Source: Centroscyllium fabricii (taxonomy: Eukaryota). From it: a stretch of 64,000 bases of DNA. This document shows positions 37,600-50,620 of this stretch, piece by piece. The notes under the pieces are model-generated. The model searched no databases and was not told where the DNA came from. It saw only the letters and a list, made by a program, of their open reading frames with translations. The first letter of the stretch is position 1; each line of letters opens with the position of its first letter. Location: assembly GCA_051313645.2 (NCBI GenBank), contig JBNRSN020000039.1, forward strand, positions 6,820,001 to 6,884,000. Direction: 5' to 3'. Both the position numbers and the translations under genes were made by a program.

Positions 37600-37820
37600 T
37601 AAACTCAACTGCATTCCATCCTGTCACAGACCCGCTGCTTCTGTTCCTTCGTACACTCCACGCTGATCCTGTCTCTGAACGTATTTATATACTGTTGTAT
37701 CTCCAACTATTTTCCATTCCTGATGAAGGACATCGACCTGAAACTTTAGCTCTTGTTCTCTCTCAACTAATGCTCCCTGACCTGCTGAGTATTCCTAACA
37801 TTTTCTGTTTTTATTTCAAA
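37600..37820 (+). mobile_element. Penelope-type terminal fragment with degenerate minimal hammerhead ribozyme core
   Basis: CTGATGA (37720-37726), aggacatcgacct, GAAAC (37740-37744), followed by atgctccctgacctgctgagtatt...cattttctgtttttatttca. Confidence 0.6.
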
Positions 37821-37999
37821 ATAATTGACCCACTCTTGTTGTATATCAGAAACCTTTAGTAAATCAATATGCACAAAAACAGCTATATTTTCTGTTCAAA
37901 GAATCTCTTTTATATTTTCAAAGAACGGCGCTATGTATGAGTAAATCCACGGTAAATGAAATAGTGTGCGAGGTTTTTTACTTTTGCTTGGACTGTTAC

Positions 38000-38800
38000 C
38001 GTACGATGGCATCGAAAGAAACCTGATTGAAGAGATTTGTTTAAGTAATTGTCTGAAGGAGGCGCACCGCTGGGAGGCAGCAATATGTTGAAGGGAACAG
38101 GCGATAAAACGTAGGATGGAGAAGGGGTTTCCGCTTGTACGGACAGAGCGAATGAGGGTGGATTTTTGAGGAAGGAGTGTCAGTATCGCTTTTGAAAGAA
38201 GGGAGCAGAAGCTGACAGTGGGGCGACGTGTTAAGTATCAATCAACATGATGGCCAGAAACAGAAGTTTGTGTATTAGCAGTCGAGCAGAAATAAGCTCA
38301 ACACAGCAACAGCTGTGTCGCATTGACATGAACATGTCGAATGGAGTTCGAAGACCGACAGAAACTCAATTGGAAAAATAATCGTTTCTGTGCCAGTAGC
38401 CAGTGAGCCTTGAATTGGTTTGGTGTGAGGGGATCGAAGCTTATTGTCAACACAGCCAGGCGAACAGATGATCTCAATGTTAGTGGCAAAGATGTCCACG
38501 AGCTCCTTGCACTGAATTTTGGAGGTGAAGGTGGAGGACGCAATGCAGAGCGGTTTAAAGTGACTCTTGTTGTTAGAGATGGGATGCGGATGTCAGCCAT
38601 GCATTCGAGGTTGGCCTTTGAGGAAGCGTCGCTTAGAAGAAAGAAAGGCTTGTTATATGTGTCCCGCCAAAATCCAACTGTGCAGCAGATACGCTCCAGT
38701 ATCCGCCCCTTGGACTTGGGGCAGGACAAGTAGGACATACCATGCACTTCTGACTGGGAGCGATTGAATAGCGGTCGTGGCGATGAGCAGATATTTCACC
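38000..38800 (-). mobile_element. Degenerate L2 LINE ORF2 fragment
   Basis: The minus-strand peptides KSKGRILERI and CKELVDIFATNIEII resemble the L2 ORF2 region between APE and RT. Confidence 0.55.
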
Positions 38801-39295
38801 AAGCATTACAATCGATTTTGGCCTCTTTTGTGCGAAACATCTTTTTTCTGCAAATTCAACTTTATTAACTTTGTGAGATTATCTGGAGACAATAGATCCC
38901 ATGTGTTGATCCATTGGTGATTTACATTGTGTGTCATAACATCCTTGCCTGAGTTTGTAATCACGGTGCAGAACCTGCTATTAATTATTATTGCTGCGGT
39001 ATAGAGGATGGATTTCAAAAATGTTGATGGTGTGTTAGCTCTATCTTCAGAAATCCAGCAATCAAATTAACATCAGAATCTTTCAAGACAAATGCATGAT
39101 ATTATGTCGTACATTATTTATACTAATTCACTAACGTTAAAATTCACGTTTAAGTGTCCAGCCATTAGAAAAGATAACCCCAAATTTCGTTGAAGCTCAT
39201 TAATCCGCGATTTGCCCTTCTCAATCCGCCAAAGTGTCTTGTAAATTTGTAAACGCGGCTCGAGGTCGATGTTACTCAGTGCTGGTGAACATTCC

Positions 39296-39547
39296 AAAGT
39301 GCAAAGTCGAAAGATGTGCGGGTTAGGTTGATTGGTCATGAGAAATTGACCCTAAATGTTAGGGGTTTGAATATGTGGTGTTTCGGGGATATGTGTCGGT
39401 GCAGGCTCGACAGGGATCGGGGGATATGGGGGCAAGGCAGTGACAGGTTACTGGGATTGGATGATCAGCCATGAACACATTGAAAGCGGAGCAGGGCTGA
39501 ATGGCCTACTCCTGCTCCTATCTTCTATGTTTCTATGTTTCTATGTT
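39296..39547 (+). mobile_element. 5'-truncated HE1-like SINE
   Basis: aaagatgtgcgggttaggttgattgg...gatcagccatga...cctactcctgctcctatcttctatgtttctatg. Confidence 0.85.
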
Positions 39548-39557
39548 TACGATTCAG

Positions 39558-39962
39558 CTGTGATTCAGTGCCTAGCACTCCTCACCTCTGAATTAGAAAT
39601 CTTTGGGTACAAGACCCAGACAGGAGCACAAATAATCTATACTGATATTCCAAAGCAACACTGAGGGGCTGCAAAGTTTTCAGATGTGCCTAACTTCGGA
39701 TGACCGTTAAGCCAAGGCCCTGTCTGCCCTTTCCTTAACAAATCCACCTCAGCGGTATCAAAGCAGTGCAGGTGAGTTATCTCTGGTGTTCCGGAGAATA
39801 GTTATCCTTAAATCACAAACGCAACAAAGCTTGTTGTGTGCAAATTGGCTGTTGCCTTTCCTACAATATAACATTGACTAGACTTCCAAAGTTATTCATT
39901 GGCTGTAATGCACTTTGGGACGTCCTGAGCTGGTGAGAGGCGCGACAGAAATGCAATTATAT
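39558..39962 (+). mobile_element. SacSINE1/AmnSINE-like DeuSINE (degenerate)
   Basis: ttcggatga..cgttaagccaaggccctgtctgccc core and an L2-type tail gtgcaaattggctg...ttcattggctgtaatgcactttgggacgtcctgag...aaatgcaa. Confidence 0.7.
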
Positions 39963-39966
39963 TCTC

Positions 39967-40860
39967 TTATAATTTCCCATTTAATGTAAACAAATATCTC
40001 ACCCCCTTTTTCAGCTCCTCCCTGAATTTCCTCTGTGTTAGTCCATATATACACGTGTTCGTGCAGGAACTGAGCAGATGCAGCATAAATCCAACCTGCT
40101 GAGTGATGTATGTCGGATTACTGAGATATTTGTCTGTGTAATAATAGTTTACCACTGGCCAGTTCACCGAATGCACAACATACGTCATCCACAAAAGTAT
40201 GAAATTGGCAGAAATAGTGAAAAGCAAGATCATGGATTTTCTACGATTCTTAATCTCAGCATCATTCTGATTCTCACTGCTGTTGCGGAGTCTCGTGCGG
40301 ATTCTATTTGCAGCTATAACATGTCTGACAGTCAGCGCGTTTAATAACATTATTAAAAGGATTGGTAATAAGGGGGTTATGATGCTGTCAATCCATTCGT
40401 ATGCCCTCCACCATGGGGAAGTCATATAATCAGCTGTCGGAACACAAAAGCCAGGGCACGTTGTCAATGATATAGGCAGGTTCCATTAAATAGAAAAAGG
40501 GAACACTCCTCAAACAGCTCACCACAAACACGGTTGTGATAACCACGGTCGCTGATCTCTCGGTGCAATAATTTGATTGCAGCTTCTGAAAGCAAATAGC
40601 TACAAAACGATCAAACGTGAAGGCGACAGTAAACCAAACAGAACAGTCTACAGTAACAATGTAGGCTACAAGATCCACAGTGCAGACCGGGGTCAGAGAG
40701 AGGAAACTAATTGGCAAATACATGCTACAAATCCGATGTAATATCACATCGATGATAACCACCATTAGATCCGCCGCTGGCATGGTCACAAGGTAGCGAG
40801 TGATGCACTTGTAGAGACCGCACTTTCCACGGGACAGGATCACAATCGCCACCAGACTCA
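39967..40860 (-). pseudogene. Class A GPCR, GPR139/GPR142-like family expanded in cartilaginous fish; large coding exon with one frameshift
   Basis: Acceptor tttctttcag| then LVAIVILSRGKCGL...CSVWFTVAFTFDRFVAIC...LLSSCTNTCIYGLTQRKFREEL. The frame changes at ~40450 (NVPW/FCVP). The first exon was not identified. Confidence 0.85.
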
Positions 40861-41239
40861 CTGAAAGAAACAGGAAACATCAAATTTTCCTCCAGAGTGT
40901 CCCAACGTGTTTTTCTTTGAAAAAAGACCAGTTGACTTCCATGAATAATATATTGGGATATCATTTTTTAATTCCGAATTAAATATAATTGATAATTTAT
41001 AAATCTGCTTACTGGCAGGCAGATAAATCTGTCCCACATATTGTTACTGATGGTGAGGGTAAAATGAAAACTTGTTTGAGATCAGATAGAAAAAATGATC
41101 GTGAGCTAAAACGTTATTGTGAGATTTCTGGAGAAATGTGGAAGGCTCAGCCGCTCATTTTTCTTGTATTAGTATCTGCAAATAAAAATATCTGCGAATA
41201 AACTTGGCATTTTCGTATTATCTTCTGATACGCATGGCT

Positions 41240-41765
41240 TGTGCACTCTCACGTTGTTGGGCGATTGTCTGTGTAGCATGGAATACATTCTATCACATTG
41301 CTGTGTTATAATCTGTACAGCATGTAATATACTCCCTCACAATGTTGGGTTATTATCAGTGCAGAAAATAAATCACACTCACAATGATGGCTTAAGGTCT
41401 GTACAGAATTTAAATCACTCTTAAACATTGTTGAGTTATGGTCTTTACCTCATTTAGAGCAATCTCTCACATTTTTGGGTTATGGTCTGTACAGCATTGA
41501 TATCGCTATCTCATATTGTTACGAAGTTGTCTGTTTAGCACGCAGGTCACTCTCTCACTTAGTTGTATTCGCAGCTGTACAGCACGGAGATCGCTCTCTC
41601 ATGTTGCTGGGCTGTTGGTTATACAGCATGGAGATAACCCTCTCACATTGTTAGATTATGATCTGCACCACATGATGGGTTGTGGTCTGTAAAGCATGGT
41701 GATCACTCACTCACATTTTAAGATAATGAACTGTGCCGCATGGAGTGAACCCTCTCGCCCTGTTG
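41240..41765. repeat. Degenerate 44-bp minisatellite, ~12 copies
   Basis: ctctcacattgttgggttatggtctgtacagcatggagatcact-like units at ~41246, 41290, 41334 ... 41640. Confidence 0.8.
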
Positions 41766-41964
41766 AGGCAAATGGTAGAGTGCTATACCGTCTCGGTGGT
41801 TCGTAAAAATGAACGGTATGGGGTCGGCCGCCTGTGATATGCAGCGCCTGATATTCTGATCCAGTGACTGATATCAGCTGCTACCTTTATTGTGTCCCCG
41901 ATTCAAGACGACCCTATTTATATAATTGCAGAAGGTAAAAATCTCCACCTTTCGTTTTCATACA

Positions 41965-43900
41965 TACATACACGATAGGAGCAGGAGCAGGTCATTGCTC
42001 ACTTGAGCCATTTTCGCCATTCAATGCCATCATGGCTGACCGCCAAATTCAGTACCTTGTTCCTTCCGACGCTCCATATCCTTCGATCCCTTTAGCTTCA
42101 AGACATATATTTAAATCTCTATTGAGCATTTTCACTTAATCGACATCTGCGGTCTTCAATGCTGGGGAATTTCACAGATTCACCACTCCCTGGGTCAATA
42201 AATATTTCCTGATCTCTGTCCTAAATGGCTTAATAATAAGAGTATCGTTCGATTATGACACCTGGGTCTGGACTCACCAACCATCAGAAACATTATTCCT
42301 GCATCTCGTTGGTCTAGACCTCTTAAATTTTCCATATTTCAATGAATCACATCTCCGACTTCTAATCTTCAGCGTGTATCAGGTCAATCGACACAATCTC
42401 TTTTCATACGTCATGCCTGCCATTCCAGATATCAGCCTGGTGAATCTTCCCTTCAAGCCCTCTAAGCAGACAAGGCGACAAAAGCTGCACAAAATACTCA
42501 AGCTGTGGTCTCACAAAGGCCCTGTATAACTGCAGATCGGCATCCTTGTCCATGTACTGAAACAATATCGCTACGATGGTTAAAGTGCCATTTGACTTTC
42601 TAAACGGCTGCATGCATACCTTCAGCGAATGGTGCACAAGGGCACAAAGGAATCGTTTCAATTCTCGTTCTTCAAATCTATTGCTTATCAGATAATATTA
42701 TGCCTTCCTACTTTTGAGACCAAAGCGGACAACCTCGAAATTATCCACGTAATATTGCACCTGGGATGATTTTGCCCAATCACCGAACCTGACCAACAAA
42801 TGCTGAAGTTCCTCTGCATCCTCCTCACAGCACACTTTCCCACCCGGCATTGTGTACTCTGCAAAGTTGGAGATACTCTCGTCCAGATCGTTAACATATA
42901 TTGCGAAAAGCTGGGGTTCAAGGACCGATCCGTGCGGTACAACACTAGTCACTGCCTGTAACATGGAAACATACACGTTTATTCCAATACTTTTCCCCCA
43001 AACCCATGTCCCTTAACGTTACGCAATAATATTTTATGCAGGCACTGAGGGAGGGCCTTTTGATTGACCTAATACACCTCATCCCCTGGTTAACCCTTAT
43101 CTATTTTACCAGTTACGGCCTCAAAGTGCTCCAGTAGGTTCATCAAGCTCGAATTACCCTTTGTAAATCCATGTTATCTTTGTCCGATTATGTCATTTTT
43201 TCCAAGTGTTCAGCTATAACATATTTAATAATGTACTGCAGCATTTCCCCACCACCGATGCCAGTCTTGATGGTGTGCAATTGCTCATTATCTCTCTGCT
43301 ACCTTTTTTAAATAAAGGGTTAAAATTCGGTACCCTCCGATCCATGGGTACTGTTCTATATGCTACCGGATTTTTGGAAGATATATACCAATGCATCTAC
43401 TATTTCTAGGTTCATATCCTTAACTACCCTAGGAAGTAGATTATCAGACGTTGGGATTTATTGGCCTTCAATCCCGTCAATTTCCCTAGCACCATTTCCC
43501 TACAAATTCTGATTTTTCTCAGTTCCTACCTCTCATTAGAAATGTTTCCACCCCGACATCTCTGGGAGGTCAATTGTACCCTCCTTTGCGTAAACAGATT
43601 CAAACTATGTATTTAATTGTTCTACCATACCATTTTACACATTATAAATACCCATGATTCTAAGTGCAAGGATCCTACGCTTGACTTCAACAATCTTTAA
43701 CACTTCTGATTCGTATAAAAGATTTAACAGTCAGATGGTATGTTCGATGAAACCTTACTCTAATACCCGATTTTCCCGCGCTTAGTTAATCGCTTTGACG
43801 CCGTTTGCTACACGGGATCCTTAGGTTCTGCTTTTTCTGTGCAATTTAAACGTCCTCTACTTGGATATTATGCGATCCGTAATTTCGCTTGTTAGCTCCG
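41965..43900 (-). mobile_element. Old degenerate CR1 LINE
   Basis: VTSVVPHGSVLEP, VRPQLEYFVQ, PLFKKGSR...LASVVGK; the 3' UTR is at ~41965-42090. Confidence 0.85.
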
Positions 43901-43989
43901 ATTGAGTTACACGTTTTTTTTTAGAATTATGCCAAAGATGTAAATGTTTTAACAAATCTTGATGTTTAATCTGGTTTCTGGCTGATATC

Positions 43990-45700
43990 CTTGATGGAGG
44001 TGTCAAAACGCCTAACCAAGTTCATCACGCCATTCCGACGTTATTGTTTCCAAAGACTGCCCTTTGGAATGTTATCCGCCCCTCAACATTTCCAGTGTCG
44101 CATGTCACGCCTCGTTGAGGGACATGATGGTGCCTGTTGACTAACGGAAGATGTGTTGGTGTTTGGCGCAACCGAAGGACAGCACAGTCAGCAACTTTTT
44201 GCAAGTTTCGGTCGATTACAGCATACTCTTAACTCCAGATGTGAAATCAACAAAACACAGGTGAAATTTCTCGGCCAATTCATCGACGGGACCGGGGTCA
44301 GAGATGATCCTGACAAAGTCAATGCCCTCACAAACATGGCCATGCCAAGAAATGTATCTGAAATACGCCGCTTCATCGGACTGGTAAATCACTTAGGCAA
44401 ATACATTCCTATTCAAGCCGATAAAAGCAAACAACTCCTGGATCCCCTCAACAGGCAGACCTCATTGTATTGGGGAACGCAGCAGTCCCAAACTTTCACG
44501 GAGATAAAGGTGGACATAACCACCCCGCCAAGTTTTGCACTGTATAACACCACTACACTCACTAAAGTGTCAGCTGATGCCTCAGCGTTTGGCTTTGGTA
44601 CAGTCCTTTTACAAAACAGATCTGACACTGACCAGCACCCTGTAACCTTTGCTTCACGAGCCCTTTCAAAAACAGAGCAGTGCTTTCTGCATATTGAAAA
44701 AGTGTCCCTGGCCATTACTTGGGTTTGTGAGCGATACATAGACTTTCTAAAAGGCATGACCTTCCAGGTCGAGACGGTTGACAAGCCCCTCCTTCCACTA
44801 TTGGTATCTATCTAAAAGCTTGCACGTGTTGTCACCCCGCATTCGGCATTTTAGGATGCGATTCATGCACTTTCACTTCGCTATATCACATGAGCCAGGG
44901 AAGAGCAAACTACAGCCGACGTCCTCTCCAGAGCTCCCTACCCGCCATTGCTGGATGATTCCTCCGAGGTGAAGTGCATGTAGAATAATGTAGACTCAAC
45001 AAACACTGCACTACACATTACCGAGAAAAGTCTGGCTGCACTTTGTCAAGAACAGGAAACGGATGAACTACTTCGTCAGGTATTCACATACTGCCATATG
45101 TTTCAGCTGACCTCAATATTGCAAAAGGATTGCTGCTACAAGGGTGCCGGTTGGTCATTCCAGCATCAAAGCAGAAAAACATTCTGGGCAATCTGCATGA
45201 TGGCCATCAAGGGATCTCAAAATGCAGAGCACGAGCCATGAGTTCTGTCTGGTGGCGTGGATTAAGCGTTCATCTACAACGTAAAGTATAACAATGCCCG
45301 GGCTGGCCAGACCTCCACAATTTTTCAGACAAAGACATCAAATCTAAATTAAGACCACCCGCCAACATTAGCAGTCCCCAGAGATCAAAGCCCTTGTGTC
45401 CACTACTTCCAGGTGACTATGTGTGCATATGGGTCTTCCGCAAAAGAGGCATTGTGCAAGGAAATGGAAACACCACAAGATAGTATCTGGTTGATATCCA
45501 GGGCCAGATTGTTCGCAGGAACCGCAGACACCTGTCACTTACACTGAAGCCCCCTGACACTGATGAGCCATCCATTCGCGATGACTAAAATTGGATTGCG
45601 GGTCCTGGAACGCACCCAACCTCTGGGGATTCCCCACCTCCACAGGGTTCCAGTCGATACCCGGAAAGGGTCCGAAATAATCCTTCTTAACTTCAGGATT
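43990..45700 (+). mobile_element. Gypsy (Mag-like) pol fragment: RT, RNase H, partial integrase
   Basis: FITPFRRYCFQRLPFG...APQHFQ; VSADASAFGFG...FASRALS; LHDGHQGISKCRARA...VWW. Confidence 0.85.
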
Positions 45701-46125
45701 TTGCAACATTAATAGCTGAGGAAATTAGACACCTTAATTCTACATTCTGGGTCAGACTATTACTCCAGCTATTTGGTAAGGGTTCAGGCAGTCGCCTTTT
45801 CCCTCCAAGATTACTCCGCTGGCAATACTGTTTTTTTACAAAAAAATGTAAAAAGAAAGCATCAGAGATGTAATTTTTGTTAGAGTTGTTATGTTTGTTA
45901 GAGTTTTTTTATTTCTTAAGCAAAGTAAAAGAAGTAATGATTTGAAAATGTTAACAGTGATGGAAAAGTATTCCTTTGTATTCAGCGTCTCTTTAGAAAG
46001 GGAGACGTGGTGATGGTTACATAGAAACATAAAAAAGCCAGAAGAGAGCGGCGCCGAGGGGCGGACCTGTGGGGAAACAGGAGAGGTATAAAAAGAGCCC
46101 GAGGAGGCAGTTAGGCCACCAGAAG

Positions 46126-46425
46126 TGAGCGGCGGTGAAGGGGAGCAGCGGCGGCGAAGGGGAGCGGCGGTGGCGAAGGAGAGCGGCGGCGGCGAAGGGG
46201 AGCGGGAGCGGTGGCGGCGAAAGAGAGCGGCGGCGGCGAAGGAGAGCGGTGGTGGCGAAGGAGAGCGGCGCTGGCAAGGGGGAGCGGTGGCGTCGAAGGG
46301 GAGCGGCAGCGGCGAAGAAGAGCGGCGGCGGCGAAGGAGAGCGGCGGCGGCGAAGGGGAGCGGCGGCGGCGAAGGGGAGCGGCAGCGGCGAAGGAGAGCA
46401 GCGGCGGTGAAGGAGAGCGGCGGCG
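46126..46425. repeat. 19-bp GC/purine-rich minisatellite in the CR1 5' UTR, bracketed by ~45-bp direct repeats (46031-46075, 46468-46512)
   Basis: agcggcggcggcgaagg(a/g)g units; the flanks read aaaaaagcc(a/g)gaagagagcggcgccgaggggcggacctgtgggga. Confidence 0.9.
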
Positions 46426-46737
46426 GTGCACGGGAGGAGCAGAGGCAGCAACTTGGCGGGCTTTTTTAAAAAAGCCGGAAGAGAGCGGCGCCGAGGGGCG
46501 GACCTGTGGGGAAGCAGAACTCTGGACTGGTGATCTTTAAGTAGGGAGTGTAACAGGAAGGGGAGGGGCCTTTATACTGGTATCGGTATATAGGGGGAGC
46601 AGAGGCTAAACCCGAGTCACTACGTAGTAGTGACCCCCACCCATCCTCCTCCTCTAACCTTTAGGGGTGAACTGAGGAACTCAAGACAAACTAAGGTCAG
46701 ACTTTTAATACATTATTTCCTGGGAATTTGTGAGGGG

Positions 46738-47727
46738 ATGGCAAGGAGAATGGGAAAATGCTCCTCCTGCAACATGTTCCAGGAGGGGTGGGGGAAGGGG
46801 AGCCAGGCTGGAAAAATCTGTAAAAAATGCATCCAGCTACAGCGCCTTAAAGCCAGAGTAAAGGAGCTGGAACAGAACCTGAAGGATCTCCGGGTCCTGA
46901 GGGAGGCAGAGGAGGACCAGGTCCATGATGGGGAAAGGGAAAGGAACCTGGGGGAACCTAAAATCATTAAGGAGGCAGAGGAAGGCACAAAGCAACCAGG
47001 GGGGACGGTAAATACACCTGTGCAGAAGGGCAGGCGGGAGTCGGCGAAAAGGAAGGGGAAGGATGGGTCGAGGCCCTCAGGGGACATTCCCCTCGGCAAC
47101 AGGTATGCAGCCCTGAATGATGAAGAGGGGAGAGAACTAACAGGGGGAGACCGAGGGGACGAGAACTCTGATACCAGACCAGAAGAGGTGGTACAAAAAG
47201 GAGGAGGGGGAAGGCTGAGAGCAATAGTTATTGGCGACTCAATGGTGAGAAGGATGGAGAGGAGGTTTTGCGGGAGCAAAAGGGACTCGAGGATGGTCTG
47301 TTGCTTCCCAGGTGCCAAGGTCCAAGACATCTCGGACTGTGTTGACAGCACTCTAAAAGGGGAGAGCAAACAAGTGCAGGTCGTGGTACAAATAGGTACG
47401 AACGATATAGGGAGGAAAAAGGAGGAAGACATCAAGCGGGAATTTAAGGAACTAGGGAGGAAACTGAGAGACAAAACGAACAATGCCACGATTTCTGGGA
47501 TCCTACCAGTGCCACGGGATAGGGTGTGGAAAAACAAAAAAAGAATACGAATAAACGCATGGCTACAGGATTGGTGCAGAAGGGAGGGCATGAGTTTCTT
47601 GGACAATTGGGGATCGTTCTGGGGAAGGTGGGATCTGTATGACGAGGACGGCTTGCACCTGAACCGAAGGGGCATCAACATTCTGGGTGGGAAACTCGCT
47701 TCGGCCATAAAGGGGGATTTAAACTAA
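46738..47727 (+). CDS. CR1 ORF1 protein: CxxC...CxxC zinc finger, coiled coil, SGNH/GDSL esterase domain
   Basis: CSSC...CKKC, IVIGDSMVR, QIGTNDI, DGLHLN; uninterrupted frame. Confidence 0.88.
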   Translation: MARRMGKCSSCNMFQEGWGKGSQAGKICKKCIQLQRLKARVKELEQNLKDLRVLREAEEDQVHDGERERNLGEPKIIKEAEEGTKQPGGTVNTPVQKGRRESAKRKGKDGSRPSGDIPLGNRYAALNDEEGRELTGGDRGDENSDTRPEEVVQKGGGGRLRAIVIGDSMVRRMERRFCGSKRDSRMVCCFPGAKVQDISDCVDSTLKGESKQVQVVVQIGTNDIGRKKEEDIKREFKELGRKLRDKTNNATISGILPVPRDRVWKNKKRIRINAWLQDWCRREGMSFLDNWGSFWGRWDLYDEDGLHLNRRGINILGGKLASAIKGDLN

Positions 47728-50620
47728 TTGGCCAGGGGAATGGGAAAACGGGCAGGGAAACAGAGGGGAGACCAGGGAACAACGAGGAAAAGGGGGGAGA
47801 ACCATGGACACAGGGAAGGGAAAGGGGTCTGAAATGCGCCTACTTCAATGCAAGAAGTATAAGGAACAAGGCAGGAGAGCCAAGGGCATGGATGGCGACA
47901 TGGGATTTCGATGTGGTGGCCATTACAGAGACATGGCTGGAGCAGGGACAGGACTGGATGCTTGGGGTTCCGGGATACAGAAGCTTCTGGAAGAGCAGGG
48001 GGGGGAGGAAAGCGCGGGGGGGAGTAGCACTGCTGGTCAAGGACAACGTGACAGCTACAGAAAAACACTTTGAGGGGGACACACGAACGGAGGTAGTATG
48101 GGCGGAGCTTAGAAATAGGAAGGGGGCGGTAACGTTAGTGGGCGTCTTTTATAGACCACCAAATAGTAACAGGGAGGTGGAGGAGGAAATTGCGCGACAA
48201 ATAAAGGAAAGATGTGGGGGATAGAGGGTAGTTATCATGGGAGATTTCAATTTCCCTAATATAGACTGGAATCAAGGAAGGTCAAAGAGTGCAGATGGAG
48301 AGATTTTCTTACAATGCGTGAAGGAAGGTTTCCTGACACAATACGTGGAGGAACCAACAAGGGGGGGGGGGGCAACGTTGGACCTGGTTCTGGGAAATGA
48401 TCCAGGCCAAGTGGTAGAACTGGGGGTAAGGGAGCACTTTGGGGACAGTGACCACAACTCGGTGACGTTCACAATAGTAATGGAGAAGGATAGGAGCATG
48501 AGGCAGGGTAAGGTATACAGCTGGGGGAGGGGAAATTACGACAGGGTTAGGCACGATTTAGCTAACACCAATTGGAAACGGGAATTTGCTGGGAGAGGAA
48601 CGGAAGAAAAATGGAGAGTGTTCAGGGAGCAAATTATGAAAGCCCTGGATAAGCATGTCCCGAGTAGGATGGGAAGCAAGGGCAAGATGAGAGAACCGTG
48701 GATCACGAAAGAAGTAGAACAATTAGTAAAAAAGAAGAAGGAAGCTTATGATAGAATGAGAAAACAGAGTACAGAAGGGGCGGGTAGGGAGTACAAAGAA
48801 GCAAGGAAAAAACTGAAGAATGGGCTAAGGAAAGCAAAGGGAGGGCATGAGAAGGCATTAGCGGGAACGATAAAGGAGAACCCTAAGGCTTTCTATGCTT
48901 ACGTAAGAAATAAAAGGATGACTAGGGTAAGAGTAGGGCCGATCAAAGACAGCAAGGGAGAAATGTGCACGGAGTCAGAGGAAATTGGGGAAACACTAAA
49001 TGAATCTTTTGCGTCCGTGTTCACAAGGGAGAGGGAAATAAAAGTAGAGGGGGTGTACAAGATACAAGGGGAAAGGATGGGGGAAGTAAATATTCAGAGG
49101 GGGGAGGTATTAGATATTTTGGAGAAACTGAAAGTAGACAAATTCCCGGACGGGATATATCCAAGGATTCTCTGGGAAGCGAGGAACGAAATCGCAGAGC
49201 CACTGACCTCTATCTTTAGTTCATTGCTATCCTCGGGGATAGTCCCTAAGGACTGGAGAGAGGCGAATGTGGCTCCCATATTTAAAAAGGGGAGCAGGGA
49301 CGTGCCAGGGAACTACAGACCAGTCAGCCTCACCTCCGTGGTCGGAAAGGTGATGGAAAAGGTCCTGAGGGACAGGATCTACGACCATCTAGAAAGGGGC
49401 AAATTAATCAGAAGCAGTCAGCACGGATTCGTTAAGGGAAATCGTGCCTGACCAACCTGATAGAATTCTTTGAAGAGGTGACCAAGTGTGTGGACGAGGG
49501 AAAGGCGGTTGATGTCATATATATGGACTTCAGCAAGGCGTTCGACAAGGTCCCGCACGGTCGACTCATGAAGAAAGTAAGGAGTTGCGGGGTAAACAAC
49601 AAAGTGGTGGGATGGATTGAGAACTGGCTGGCTCAGAGGAAGCAGAGGGTAGTGGTAGAAGGCCAATACTCGGGCTGGAGACCGGTCACCAGTGGGGTAC
49701 CACAGGGGTCGGTGTTGGGGCCACTACTGTTTGTAATCTTCATCAATGACTTGGAGGAGGGGACTGAGGGGTGGGTCAGCAAATTTGCGGATGACAGAAA
49801 GATTGGGGGAGAAGTGGATGAGGAGGAAGGAAGTAGAAAGATTCAGAGGGATATAGATAGGATGCAGAGCTGGGCCGAAGAATGGCAAATGGAGTTCAAC
49901 ACGGGGAAATGCGAGGTGATGCACTTCGGTAGGGCAAATAGGAAGAGGGAATATAGGGTCAACGGCAGGGTCCTGAGTGAAGCAGAGGAGCAAAGGGATC
50001 TGGGAGTATATGTACACAGATCATTGAAGGCTGCCACCCAGGTGGACAAGGCAGTAAAAAAGGCTTATGGTGTATTGGCCTTCATCAACAGGGGAATAGA
50101 GTTTAAGAACCGGGAGGTCATGCTACAGCTTTACAGGTCACTGGTGAGACCACACTTGGAGTACTGTGTGCAGTTCTGGGCACCGTACTACAGGAGAGAT
50201 GTGGAGGCGCTGGAGAGGGTGCAGAGGAGATTCACCAGGATGCTGCCGGGAATGGGGGGAAAGTCATACGAGGAGCGGTTAAGGGAGCTGGGACTCTTCT
50301 CCCTGGAACGGAGAAGGAAGAGGGGGGACTTAATAGAGATGTTTAAAATGATGAAGGGGATCGATAGAGTAAACGTGCAGAGACTGTTTCCCCGGGTGGG
50401 AAGAACGACAACAAGAGGGCACGAGCACAAGATTCAAGGAGGAAGATTCAGAAGGGATGGCAGGGGCAAGTTCTTTACGCAGAGAGTGGTCGGGGAATGG
50501 AATAGGCTACCATCTGAAATAGTGGATGTGGACAGTCTGGGTGCTTTTAAAAGGATGATAGACAGGTACTTGGAGGGGAAGGAAGAGCAGGGGGGACAAG
50601 AAAAATCAGAGACGGACTAA
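47728..50620 (+). pseudogene. CR1 ORF2 (APE endonuclease + reverse transcriptase) with about three lesions
   Basis: VVAITETWL, MGDFNFP, GDSDHN, GNYRPVSLTS, DFSKAFDKV, GVPQGSVLGP, KFADD. Frameshift at ~47880, stop at 48222-48224, frameshift at ~49440. Confidence 0.92.

Noticed and set aside
41011-41040. ATG...|GTAAGC on the minus strand as GPCR exon 1
   Set aside because: The peptide (MWDRFICLP) lacks the expected TM1 start, and its phase does not fit the phase-1 acceptor at 40860.
46017-46540. Arg/Ala/Pro-rich ORFs on both strands
   Set aside because: Translations of the 19-bp VNTR in the CR1 5' UTR.
46713-47708. 331-aa antisense ORF
   Set aside because: Shadow of the purine-rich CR1 ORF1; no recognisable motifs.
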